From: Felis catus
Lineage: Eukaryota
Length of the DNA stretch: 64,000 bases
NCBI RefSeq assembly: GCF_018350175.1
Contig: NC_058368.1
Coordinates: 145,516,001-145,580,000, forward strand
Direction: 5' to 3'
Below, one piece after another: positions 51,601-64,000 of the stretch. The stretch's first letter is position 1; the number at the start of each line of letters is the position of its first letter. The notes under the pieces are model-generated. The model saw only the letters and a program-made list of their open reading frames with translations, had not been told where the DNA came from and ran no database searches. The translations under genes were made by a program, and so were the position numbers.

Positions 51601-51768
51601 CCAAACTGCTTGTATTCAAATGCTGGCTTTTCCAAACTAGTCGTGAAGCAAGGGACAGATCCTCTGTAGGCCTCAGTTTCCTCATCTGGAAAATAGTGAC
51701 AATACTTTATGGAGTTGTTTCATGGATTAAATAAAATAATAAATATAAAATATTTAGAATAGGTCCCA

Positions 51769-51983
51769 GTGGGTGCCTGGGTGACTCGGTCAGTTAAGTG
51801 TCCGACCCTTGATTTAGGCTCAGGACATGATCCCATGGTTGTGAGATTGAGCCTCACATCGGGCTCTGCACTAAACGTGGAGCCTGTTTGGGATTCTCTT
51901 TATCCCTCTCCCTTTTTCCCTCTACCCCACTCACTTGTGTGCTTTCTCTCTCTCAAAACACATAAATAAACATTAAAAATAAA
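51769..51983 (+). mobile_element. CanSINE inserted in a MIR
   Basis: Consensus match; TSD agaataggtcc; MIR core (cctcagtttcctcatctg) upstream. Confidence 0.88.
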
Positions 51984-52219
51984 AGAATAGGTCCTTGCAC
52001 ACAGTATGCAACCACACAATAAATATTAGTTGTTAGTGTTGTTAATTATCCTATCTCAAGTTGATGATAAACATAGTCTCCATTAACAATTTTAGCAAAT
52101 TCAAAATTAATACTACTATGTGGTTAGTATAGGACATAAGATCAAATCACAAATAACATTATACTTATAGAGAGATACACTCATATTTTTTTGCCATCAA
52201 ACGATCATCATTTGGTGGA

Positions 52220-53020
52220 GCATTTGGTGATTGTAGCTTTGTGGATATCTGCCACTGGGGTAAATAGCACCCCACATGGAGATAGCCCTGGGCTCTGGAA
52301 GGTAGAAGATACTCTTCAGGATTTCAGAGGCACATCAGCCATGCAGTTGCATGGGCATGAGTAGAACTGTACATCCCAGGATAACAATCAAGACATATTG
52401 TTCTCTCAGGTTTCAAAGAAAACAAGTATCATGCTTAAGAAATTTAGTCACACCATCTCTGATACAGTCCTAAGAATAGCATTGTAATTTGTATGCCATA
52501 TACTTGGTTTTAACAAGGCATTTGATTCTGTTAAGCACATTGGTAGGCTAAAAATCCTACAAAGACAGGCTGTACGGTGAAGTTTATAAGCAACATTTGT
52601 TTACTCTGCGAGGAAATGATGGTGAGAGTTATAGATGCAGACAGAGATAGCAAATGCATTTACAGTGACTAATAGCACCAAACAAGACTGCATTCAGTAC
52701 ACCATTATCATCTGCTATCTGGTTTTTTGTTTGTTTGTTTGTTTGAAGATGCCCTTTTGTTGCTTTCAAAGATTGTGATTAAGGTATTAACATGAAGGTT
52801 AGGTCAGATAAGAATGCATCCAATCTCTGCCATATGTAGATGGCAAAAGCAAATTATTATTTAGAATATAAACAACCTTATTACATATTGTCTGCATGCT
52901 GATGACTGCACATAGGTGGCTCACAGTCAGAATGATGAATAACAGTGGTTGGGTTGGTTTGCTAAGTTGTGCATTACTCTGGTTATATTATCCATCCCCA
53001 AGCAGATAAAGGTTCTCTGA
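52220..53020 (+). mobile_element. Ancient RTE-clade LINE reverse transcriptase relic (MamRTE1-like)
   Basis: Ordered degenerate RT motifs AIYL/FNKAFDSVKH (52495-52538), VTNSTKQDC (52665-52691) and LHADDCT*VAHS (52892-52927). Confidence 0.65.
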
Positions 53021-53372
53021 AATTTCTCTGGATCACCCCTGAAAGTTAGAGAGAAGTTTTATCATCTCAGCGGTGTCTTCTCTTGCCATCAATCAGCAAT
53101 AACCAACAAATAGAGAGTTTGTGGTGGTGTGTGTGAGAAGCACTGTGATAGACAGCAGTGGCCAGGAAATAGAAATCTACAGCATGGTCTCCCTTTCCAA
53201 AGATGGGGTGATAATTCACAGATTACACAGCAGAATTAATCAATAATAAGTTCTATAATAAGACAGCTCTAAAGAGGTGCTATAGGCAGTATATGAAAAA
53301 GTACAAGATTACTGATAGAGATTATAAGAAGAGAGATTTATTGTGAGCTGAAATGGTTCTAGAAAAACTTCC

Positions 53373-53375
<3 letters not shown>

Positions 53376-53422
<47 letters not shown>
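53376..53422. repeat. (GA)n microsatellite
   Basis: About 23 perfect GA units. Confidence 0.95.
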
Positions 53423-53425
<3 letters not shown>

Positions 53426-54800
53426 GCTTGAAATTTTCAGTGATTATTTGGTACATGGGGAGGAAGATGAAGGATTATTCTATGGGCATCAGCACAGAGA
53501 TGAGGAAACACAAGGTATACTGAGAGTTGAGAACAAACCTGATTGAAAGGAGTATAAGATACACAAAGAGCCAGGTTTTAAAACTAGAAATTCTGTGCCT
53601 TTGAGGATATGCAGTAGTAGCAAGGTGTGACAAGACACATCAGGATAACTGGGTTTCTAGAGTATGAGCAACAGAAGAACTTTTGTTGTTTCATTTGCTG
53701 TATGTCTTTGGGGCTTAAGAGGAGTTCCTGGCATGTGGTGGGGGCTCAGTGCAGACCTCACTCTACTTGTCTGTGATTAGGGGTTCTCTGATAAAATAGA
53801 AGGCTTTAAAGATAGTTTGATGCCAGCTTGCAGGGAAACCGAATAGAAGGCCACATAGTTCAAGCTTCATAGTTTTGGATTTCTTATCTCAGGATCACAA
53901 CCCCCCCAGGCTTCCAGTGTATGAGAACCCCTTGAATTGTAGACAAAAAGCTGTGTGCATTATGCATTATTCTAAGGTCCACAGCCCTTTTAAGATATTG
54001 AAAGGGATTCATGCCCCCAAAAGGATTAACTTTGCTTAATAGGCAGTGAGTAATGAGGAATAATTTTGAGCAAGAGAGTGACGTAAAATTGGTAATTGGA
54101 GTGATGAATCAAGTGTCTGTGCAAGGTGAGAGAGTGGAGAGACGGGAGCAAAGGAAACCAGATAGGAGGCTGCGGCAGGCTAGAGGGAGACAGGTGGTAT
54201 GTGGGACTGGATTGTCTTCAAGGAGATAGAGGAAATGGCAGGGAGAGGGGTTGGTTTAAGGAAAGCTATGCTCTGGGGTATACTAACAAAATGTTTGTGG
54301 AGAAGATTGGGAAATGGGAGGTGGTGAAGTTAGAATCAGTTTCCAAAGAAATCAATCAATCAGTATTTATTTATTCAAGCCTCTTGAGTCTTCACCACAC
54401 TGATGTAAGGCTTTTGTGTAAGGATCTGTTCTTTTCTCAGTGAGAGTTTAGCTCTTCCTTGCAAGGCCTGATTGGAAAGATTGGGATGCCCCCCCATGTG
54501 TTAAAAATAAGGACATCAGTGAATTGAAAGCTGCAAACTCGCATGAATGCCAACATTCAAAGTTTGTGGGGTTTTGTTTGTTTGTTTTTGTTTTTGTTTT
54601 GTTTTGTTTTGTTTTGGTTCAAAGTTATCTGATTTCAAATTTCTGGTTAGATTCATGGAAGTTGAAATACCTTCAAATATTTAGGTTACTTCTGTTTTTG
54701 CAAGTGTTTAGTTGACCAGTTGGATAATTAAGCCCTTTTATGTCTGTGTCACACACTCCTGCCTCAAGAGATTTTAATTTTTTTTGAAAAAAAAAATGTT

Positions 54801-55020
54801 GGGGCACCTGGGTGGCTCAGTCGGTTAAGCATCCGACTTCGGCTCAGGTCATGATCTCGCGGTCCATGAGTTCAAGCCCCGCGTCGGGCTCTGTGCTGAC
54901 AGCTCAGAGCCTGGAGCCTGTTTCACATTCTGTGTCTCCCTCTCTCTGACCCTCCCCCATTCATGCTCTGTCTCAAAAATAAATAAATGTTTAAAAAAAA
55001 TTTTTTTTAAATAAAAAAAA
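54801..55020 (+). mobile_element. Felid CanSINE
   Basis: Near-consensus; TSD g(a)n-tgtt on both sides. Confidence 0.92.
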
Positions 55021-56869
55021 GAAAAAAAATGTTTAGAAACAGTGTCTCATTGTTTCAGTGCAAATTAGTTTGGGTTGATCATTTTTAATCAGAAAGTATT
55101 AGAATCCTAAAAAATAACATATCCCAGCTGACCATACAGTAAAAAATAAAATCATGTACCTTCCTCTCAGGTGATACAAAGATATGGGAAGCATCACACT
55201 GTGGGAATGTTCACATTTTGCTTCATCACCTGAGTCAGTAGGGAAAATTAACTTTCTGGGCCCTTGAGTCAACCTCACCCAACTGTTTGCAGTTTATGAC
55301 ATCGGTAAGGCAGAGGTCAAGGGGGAACTATGGAAAGGAGACACTGTTCAAAAGTTTAAGTACTTTGCTGTCCAAGCAGACTCCAGGTCAATCTGTCTGC
55401 CAAAATTGATCTCAAAACCAAAATGGCTTTGGCCCCATTACCTGAATATGACTGTCAGAGCCACCTTCAGGCCTCTGCTGCTGTAGCCTATACTGAGGCC
55501 CTTTTCAGATGGCCTGGTGTCTTCCTTGCTGGTATCCACACAGCAGGTATATAAAGGAGCATCTCCCTGCCTACTGAGTGATTGGATGGCTCTCTGGTGG
55601 TCTCTGGTGGTGAATATTATATATGCTTCTAGAGGGAACCGCCGAATACTTCATTACAGCAAACACAAAAACAAACATTTGTACAAATAAACTAAAATTC
55701 TCTGGTATGAAGCTAAGTCTGATAGTAACTTCTAGTTGTAACTCTGAAGGATCATAGTATCATTTATGTATGATATAGAGTAGCATTTTAGAGTGAATTA
55801 TCCATATAATATTTAATCTCTCTCTCTTCTTCCCTCCCTCCCTCCCTCTCCCCTTCCACCTTCTGTCTTCCACCAACAAAAACTCAAATTCTCCAATAGT
55901 TCTTTTAACAGGCAGTTCTCAAGATATGCCTGTTTGGGTGTCTGTGGGTGTATATAATTTATTATTAACTTTTTGATAAGCAGCTCTCTGTAGATCTGAA
56001 CATTAAACCTCTTAAGTATCACAGTTACAAACGTCCATTTTAGCAATTTGCTTTTGTACCAGGAGGTGAGTTAGACATACTGAGTTGTTATATCAAAGAG
56101 AGCTGGTATGTATACCTCAACACATACATTTCTGTGCTGCATGTTACTAAAGTACATGAGAGTTCTTTTTAATTCTTGGTATAGTGTGTGTAATCAGTGA
56201 CGTAAACATCATCCATTAGTCAGTTCAGCCTTCCCTGAAGTATTAGTATGCTAAACAATCCTATTACCACAGCATTATTTTGATACTTTATTAAAAGTCC
56301 TATAGCTCTAGCATTGGTATACTCAAACACAGCTTTATGCAATTAGGATTATAATGGAAGCTTTATTACAGTGATATACAACTTGTATCATTCTAATAAA
56401 AGTTCCTGTACCTAGCAATGCTTTAATAATGTTGTTTCTGTAACAGTGATTCCTCAGTAATGGAGCTTCTCTCATGGCAACTTCATTATTAGGAAATGAT
56501 TTCAGTAATAGAAATGCAAATAAAGATTTTGAGAGGAGGGTTTTATGCATGGCTCTATTACTGACCTGCTATCTTTTCATGCATTACATCTAATCATTAT
56601 AAAACTACCATGTAGATTATAGTTATGCTTATTACTATCCTGTTACATTTTAACATTTGTGTCCTTCCAAATTATTAAAATTAACTGCCATTTTAAAATA
56701 AAATTCAAGGGTTAAAATAATTTAAATTTTAATTAAATTTTGTTTCTAAAGCATTAAAAATGTTTCACAAAACACCACCTCTAATTTATTTTTATTGTAT
56801 CAGAGACTGAGTAGACCAGTTGCATTCAAACTGGAGCGTATGTGCCCTGGGTGTATACGAAGACCTCCC

Positions 56870-56873
<4 letters not shown>

Positions 56874-56921
<48 letters not shown>
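56874..56921. repeat. (TG)n microsatellite
   Basis: About 24 TG units. Confidence 0.95.
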
Positions 56922-56924
<3 letters not shown>

Positions 56925-57926
56925 TGGGGGAGGGTTATGGAGAGTTCTAAAGGAATTAATTTCCAGATCTTCTACTTCCATATGCACCCTCTCATAAAAT
57001 CCATCTGTCTGAAAAGGCACTTGTGGCCAAGATTTTCCTTTCCCACTTTCCCTTTTTGCCTTTCTGCCACTGTACAAAACAAAGGCATGCCTCATACCCA
57101 TCGCATCCCTTACCATGGCATATGGCTCAGCCGGGGCACTAAAAGGAGCAACTGGACCATGCCTTTATTTTAGCCCCCCTCTTCTGCCCTCAATCTCTAT
57201 TTTTACGAGCCAAGAAGTATAGGACAGTGTATAAGTGACTGGACTATGGAGCCAGAAAGTCTGTGTGTGGATCCAGGCTCTGCGACCTAGAAGAGTCGTC
57301 TAAGCTATCTCAACCTTAATTTTGGCATCTATAAAATGGAGATAACAATAGTAGAGTGTTGTGAGGATTAAGTGGGTTCATACATGTATGAAAAAAGTAT
57401 GACCTGTAGTTTATACTAAGTGGTGCTATTATGATTTCCAAAAATATTTCACTTTTTATTTTTTGCCAAATTTTAAGTGTTTAGTTTTGATTAACTAAAT
57501 AATATTAATAATTACAATTAAAACTCAGACATCTTAGTTAATTTAGCACTTAGAGGAGAATGGTCATGGGAAATTTTGGAAAATGAACTCTTTTCTGTCT
57601 ATATGCTTTTGTTTACAAGAACAGGATCAATAAAAAGCTTTTAAGCATAAAATATACATTAGGGTAAAATTCTTTGACAGAAGCAGAATGGAGATAAATT
57701 CAAGGAGAAAAATGTAAAATACCCAATTGTTCATATATTTTTTTAAATGAATAAGTGGGTATTATAATGCTGTGGCATTTATGTTTGATTACATTTAAGA
57801 GAGTGACATGATAATCCTTACAATTGTGTATATGTATAATAGCATATATTTAAAATGGTGAATATTTACAATATACTGGAAATTATACCATTTGCAACTT
57901 TTTAATGAAAAATTTTGGAAGTCAAT

Positions 57927-58130
57927 TTATTTTACATTGAGAGAGAGTGAGAGAGAGTGAGAGCACGAGCAAGGAAGGGGCAGAGAGAGAGGGAAAGAGA
58001 GAATCCTAAGCAGGCTCTGTGCTATCAGCGTGGAGCCTGATGCCTGGCTCAATCTCACAAACTGCAAGATCATGACCTGAGCCCAAATCAAGAGTTGGAC
58101 ACTTAACCAACTGAGCCACCCAGGCACCCC
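57927..58130 (-). mobile_element. CanSINE
   Basis: Reverse-strand consensus match. Confidence 0.88.
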
Positions 58131-58314
58131 TATAAGATATATATTTTTTAAGAGTAGGTGTGTATAAGCAAAAATGTTCACAGACATTGGGATAAGACAC
58201 TGACTTGTAGGAGTAAAGTTGTAAGTGAAAGTAGTGTTATAAAATTACCTTTTTAATTTCTGTTTTATGAACACTAGGTATTAAGAACATAGGTATTAAG
58301 AATAATATCTTTGA

Positions 58315-58544
58315 GGGGCGCCTGGGTGGCGCAGTCGGTTAAAGCGTCCGACTTCAGCCAGGTCACGATCTCGCGGTCCGTGAGTTCCAGCCCCGCGTCA
58401 GGCTCTGGGCTGATGGCTCAGAGCCTGGAGCCTGTTTCTGATTCTGTGTCTCCCTCTCTCTCTGCCCCTCCCCCGTTCATACTCTGTCTCTCTCTGTCCC
58501 AAAAATAAATAAACGTTGAAAAAAAAAATTAAAAAAAAAAAAAA
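58315..58544 (+). mobile_element. Young felid SINEC_Fc
   Basis: CpG-rich consensus copy; 17-bp TSD aagaataatatctttga at 58298-58314 and 58545-58561. Confidence 0.95.
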
Positions 58545-58561
58545 AAGAATAATATCTTTGA

Positions 58562-58700
58562 GCCCCATGACAGGCTCTGTGCTGATAGGTCAGAGCCTGA
58601 AGCCTGCTCTGGATTCTGTGTCTCCTTCTGTCTCTGCCCCTCCCTTGTTCATGCTCTCTCTCAAAAATAAATACTAAAACATAAAAAAAAAAAAAAAAAA
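58562..58700 (+). mobile_element. 5'-truncated CanSINE
   Basis: Begins mid-consensus (gcccc...caggctctgtgctga); CT linker and long A tail. Confidence 0.85.
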
Positions 58701-60947
58701 AGAATACCATCTCCTTTATCAAGTTAGAAAACTAAGTAAAATTCTAGAATTCTGAGGCTTTCCTGGCAGAAAATCAAATTGACTCTATGTGGACTAACGC
58801 GGCTGAGTATCTCCAGTACTTCACAGAGAAGATCAGTGTATGGACAACACATGCACTCCCAAGTTGATTAGTATGTGACGCATGGGAGAGGGCCCTTCCT
58901 TTGAAGGGGAAGCTGGATTTGTCCTTTGATCTGTTTGTAGTTGTAGAATGGGCTCTTTCAGAGTGGATCTTGTCCTGAGGCCAAAATGGGGAGACTCTTC
59001 TGCTGGATGAATGCTTTGAGACTTTTACATCATGCTGGAAAAGCAGCTGTTACTACTACTGGAAGACCACCAGCTAAGACCAAAAAAAAAAAAAAAAAAA
59101 AAAAAAAAGAATGGGCCTCATGAGGAACATGCTAAAAATAGAGTGTTTTCAATGTAAAAAAAAAAAGGTGTTGAAGAAAATTCACATTCCCTCAGGTGTG
59201 TTTATTGACGATTATATTTACATCAGTTTGACATTCTTATTTCGTGCCATGCCTCAAGATGGAAGGTTGGATGCCAATTTCTTAGTGTGCAAGTTTTGTG
59301 TCTGCATATCCATGGTTGTGATCATAATGAATATACAAGGCTGTGTGCTGGGTTTTTACACTTAACATTATTTTCCAGACCCTTGCCAAGGAAAGCCCAG
59401 AGCTTTTAGAGGAGTGATCTGATAATACTGTAGTCATATTTATACCAACTGCCACCAAATCCGAGGAGAGCACGAACTTTACTTAATGTAATTTGTTATG
59501 GCCTATTTTAATGGCCATTTGAGACCCAGGTATCAATTGTTGGAGACTCAGGTCAGATAATGCAGGCCTCCTCTGAGACATCGAAGCTTTGGCATGCCGC
59601 TTGTGAAAAGTTGCTGACCCTGCCCCAGCCAATCTGGAAAAGCAGCATCCAGGAACATAATGTGTTTACAAGCATTTGAGAGAGTCACCAAACCCCACCC
59701 TGAGCCCTAACCCTTCTCCATATATTTACTGTCCTTCACCAAGTCACTAATTCCCAAGGGCTGCATCCTATGGCCAAGTCCAAAATGGCATAAATCCTAA
59801 GCTAGTTGCCTAGAGTTTTTGTAAAGTCTGTGCGATGTTTTTGTGAAATATCCCCAAGGAGGATTTAATTCTAACATTAAGACATTGCTATTTAAAACAT
59901 TGAGGGATTATTCAAGTAGTTTGTATTGGTGGCAATTATATTAGTTTTATAATTTTGGAGGGAAATGTGATAATATAGATCAACAGCTATATTGATATCC
60001 CCACTGTTTTTACTCATTCCTAAAATTTGATTATAAGGAAATAATCTGTAGTCCATAATACACGTGCATGCATGCACAATGTATAATAGTATAAAACTGG
60101 AAAACGGTCTAAATATTTAACAGTGGAATAATTGTAAAGTCTATTATATCAACCAGATGGAATATTATATACCTAAAAAGAAAGTTAAAAGGAGTATGCA
60201 AAATATAGGAAAGTATATATGAAATAATGTTACAAGGTAAGAAGAAAAAATGAATCACAAAATTATATATACACGGTGTACATAACTACGAAAGATAGGT
60301 AGAAGGATAGATATCCATAAATTTGGGAAGCAATCAGCCTTTAAGAAAAAGGAAGAACAAAAACTTGAGGATGACTGAGTCTGAAGCAATCCTGAGATTC
60401 ATTGACTGCTGGTGTGAGAGGACATGTGGGAAAATAACAGTGACTTCTGAGCTCTGCCTTAAGTCCATGTGGAAAGCCTGTGAATTTCCCAGTACCAGTT
60501 TTCTTTTTCAGTTTTAGACTCTCTTTTTTGTGTCCTGTACTTTCTTGTCTAGAAAATACTGAACTATATCCAAGCTATAAAAATCAGTTCTTAAAATTCC
60601 AACAGAAGTTACTATGGAGAAATGTAAAAAAATGGATTTGGTTGGGAAATTGGTTTAAAATATACATTTTTTTAATCCTGACATTGCTTACATTTTTAAT
60701 AAAATATCTTTAAAAATAAGAAACTGCCATTCTTGCCCATATGTACCAGTTTATTTCTCTCTCTAATATATGTTTGCAAATACCAGGATGCAATTATTGT
60801 CTGAAGAAAATCTGTGATTACAGTTTTATATAGAGGAGTATAATTTCTTAATACTATAGCCTGTTAGTAGCATTGTTTTTGTTACCTAGTTTCAAATTAT
60901 TAGTAGTCTAAAAAGTGGGAAAAATATCTCATAGTAGCTAAATTTTT

Positions 60948-61152
60948 TAAATAATTTGTTAAAAGATTTATTTATTATTTTTGAGAATGTGCATGCAAGC
61001 AGGGAAGGGGTGGAGACAGGGAGGGATGGAAGATCTGGATCAGGCTTTGTGCTGAGGGCAGCAAGCCCCACATGAGTCTCCAACTCACAGACTGCAAGAT
61101 CATGACCTAAGCTGAAGTCAGACACTCAACTGACTGAGCCATTCAGGTGCCC
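60948..61152 (-). mobile_element. CanSINE
   Basis: Consensus match; TSD tagtagctaaattttt. Confidence 0.88.
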
Positions 61153-64000
61153 TAGTAGTAGCTAAATTTTTGTAGGTCATATCTTCCCCTAACATGTTTC
61201 ATTATTAGATAAGTAATAACAGATTTATAATGGGTTTATCACCTCCTTAGGAATTTTCTTCAGGTAGTCTCTTTTGAGAGATCTTCTAAAAAGAAAAACT
61301 AATTTTAACTCAAATCACTGGGAAATCTGCTTCTGGGAGTAAAGGGAATCTTTTTATTACCAAAGTTGTATAAGAAGCAGGAAGGAAATACATAAATGTT
61401 AGCTGTAAACTAGGGTGCTTTTATTAGGAATTTATATTGATTATCTGAAGAGAGCATTGTGATATTAAGAAATCATCTTAAAGATTCATCTGTATGCCTT
61501 TTCATTGCTTTAAAATTCTATTTGGCACCATTCTAAAAAGCGATTGTACCAACAGACTGCTAGTTTCTTTTGTATTGCTCATAAAACATCTTCCTGGATG
61601 GTAGTTGCCATACATTAATATCTGATTATCAATGAATTAGGTTGTTTTTAAGTTTGTTCTTGAAAATCCTTGAATTTTGTGATTGCTGATTCACCTCTCT
61701 ATTATGCCCCAACATACCTAGCTCTAAAATATGGTCACTGTTTTAGTGAGTATCTCAGAAATAGACTCGGTAAGCCAAAAATGGTCACCATTATGTAATG
61801 TAGTGGAAGTGGGAAAAAAAGAATTAATGCTTGGAAAGAACAAGCTCCCAATTGTTTTCCTTTAAGACAAAAATAGAATAAATGTAATGCCTGCAAGTTG
61901 TTTCATGCTGAAGTGCTACATTTAGTCCTTAGCAGGCTTGGCAATGGCAGGGAGAGACTACGTTCTATTCTGGAATCTGGACATGAGTCTCAGCTCTATC
62001 ATTTCTGAGTGTCATGACCTTGGATAAGCCACCCCTCTGAGTAATTTTCTACAAAAATGGGTGGAGGCCAAATAAACATTCTTCCAACACTTAGGGGTTT
62101 GACTAGAGAGAGACACACTGACAGTGTCCTCTACTGACACCATCACCGATCAGGTATTTTTAAAAAAATGGATGTTTCTACCGGAACAGGACATTTTAAT
62201 AAAAACGTTGATAGGGAACACAACAAGGCTTTTAAACAGAGACTTAGAGTCCTTTTTGTCTTCATTCAAATCTGCTTTATTTTTCTTTCTGTGACGCTAT
62301 ATAAAAATCTCATCAATATACAAAATCATTCTGAGCCTCAGATTTTCTCATTTTCTCTGGATGAGAGCTTTGATTAGCTTTTTACAAGTTCTTCATTAGT
62401 AATTGGCTTGCTTTTTTGTTTTTGTTTTTGGCTGTTGTCTCTAATAAGTTTCTGTTCTATCAAAGAATTCTTTGAGGATGGTCTGAAATACTCTACTCTG
62501 TGTTATGATACAGAATATTACAATTTAATATTCTTTATAAAATGCAACCAACAAGTGCTTTCCAGATTAAATGTTCATTTCTTCTTTTTGATGCTGGTGG
62601 CTGGGATGGGTTGTTCAGTCTTATCATCATGCCTGACCTAGTTGTGCAGCCGTTCCTATTTAATTAATAGACATTTACATAAGCTCTTTTTCCCCCAGCA
62701 AGCTTCATAATGGTCTTGTTGGTTATCTCCTTTCACCCTGTGAAGTACCAGCAGTGCTATTTCTATTTTGCATATCAAAATACTGAGAGATTAAATAATG
62801 TACAACAAATTGATAACTGAATAAGTTTGGGAGCTCAGAATTCTGGCATATTAACGGTGTTGCTTAAAGCAACAACCCGTATAGAGTCTATAAATATATT
62901 CAAACTCTGCTTTCTAATCCAGGAGTTGGAGTTGGGACTGTCAGCAGCTTAGGGAGGGAGCCCTTTGTAGATGTAGGCAGGAGTGGGAGAATTAGTTTCT
63001 GGACTCCCTCTGGAGCCATGAAAGGAAAGTTTTTTGTTAGCGGAGGAGGTGGTGTCTAAGAACTATTGCTGTGATGTTTGTAATTTTTAATAAAAATTCT
63101 GGGAAGCCTGGTGGCTTCTGTGCAGCATATGAATTTGAAGAACCCTCCTATTTTTTTTTAATCTGACTTTCCAAACATCATTAGAATTTTATTCCTAATT
63201 AACTGGCCAACAAATATCAACAGGTGCAACTTGAACAAAGCATAGCTTCTCTGGGCTCCCTCTGCCTCTCCAAGAACTGAGGAGACTTTCAGGGTATTTG
63301 GGCAAGACTTTCATTTCTTTCCCACATATATCTATTTTTAAATATTCTCTCACTGTCTTTGTATCTTTATCCTCACACACTCAGTGGGGAGAAGTCTGTC
63401 CTGGGATATTTCCCACCTCTTCCCCCCTGCCCCGCCACCTTTTTTTTTTTTTATCTCTTTTCAAAACTATAAGAGGGGATTGTTTGTACTTCAAACCTTG
63501 CTTCTTTGCCTTGTCTAGGTGTTGATTACTTCCAGAGCATTCTTTGGATCTTATAGGGATCACTTCAATTATTTAACAATGTCACCAACACAACAAACAA
63601 AAATAAATATTTTTTTCTTCTCTAACTAACCACACTTCTCAGTCTTTCTTAAAAGATGGAAATCTGTGTGTCCCTTACTTAACTTCCTTTCCGCTAAACC
63701 TGGGGTGATCTCTTTCTGTCTTAGAGCCTACCGCCACAGGCTTCTCCAAGTCCTGCTCACTGTTAAGGCCTGGAACAGATGAAGTGCCATATCTCCAGGA
63801 AATCTTCGCTGCCCCTCCTCCACCAGTCAGAACTGAACTCTCCTTTGTCTGAGTTCCCATATTCCTGGATTTGTACCTTTTGAGTGGTACATAATCTGTT
63901 GTGTGTGAGAGTGATTTCCGTAACCCTTGAATTGCGGATACCCTAATGAGCATGGGGAGAGATGAGGAGTGAAGAGATGTCCTATTCAATTTGACTCAAG

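Noticed and set aside
55442..55628. 187-bp minus-strand AG...GT bounded segment open in one frame
   Set aside because: Weak polypyrimidine tract and unrecognisable peptide; such pseudo-exons are common in long introns.
63195..63380. Minus ORF with LKIDICGK...KYPESLL resembling a BTB/T1 domain start
   Set aside because: Spacing too short, no downstream YFFDR-type motif and no channel segments seen; not supportable without an HMM hit.
63675..63989. 104-aa minus ORF ending at a donor-like AA|GTAAGG
   Set aside because: No recognisable homology and the window edge hides any acceptor; no partner exon identified.

Overview
Mammalian genomic DNA, almost certainly from a felid (Felidae-type CanSINEs and a young felid-type L1). 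The only host coding sequence I recognise is a 98-bp internal exon of ATG10 on the + strand (1317-1414). The rest appears to be ATG10 intron filled with about 19 CanSINEs, L1/L2/MIR relics, DNA transposons and LTR relics. The main element is a complete but decayed 8,276-bp gamma-like provirus on the minus strand (36861-45136), antisense to ATG10. It has a GTTA target-site duplication, 300-bp LTRs differing at 22 sites, a tRNA-Glu PBS, HERV-E-like gag-pro-pol with a recognisable UGA read-through pseudoknot, and an env that is instead syncytin-1/ERV-W (RDR group)-like, suggesting an env-swap recombinant. A short hydrophobic ORF or extended env leader lies between pol and env. Smaller points: an L1 with a probable 17-nt 3' transduction, a twin-primed L1 nested in MER44 nested in an old L1, and an ancient RTE reverse-transcriptase fossil. 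All family assignments come from recalled motifs and consensus sequences, not from database searches.
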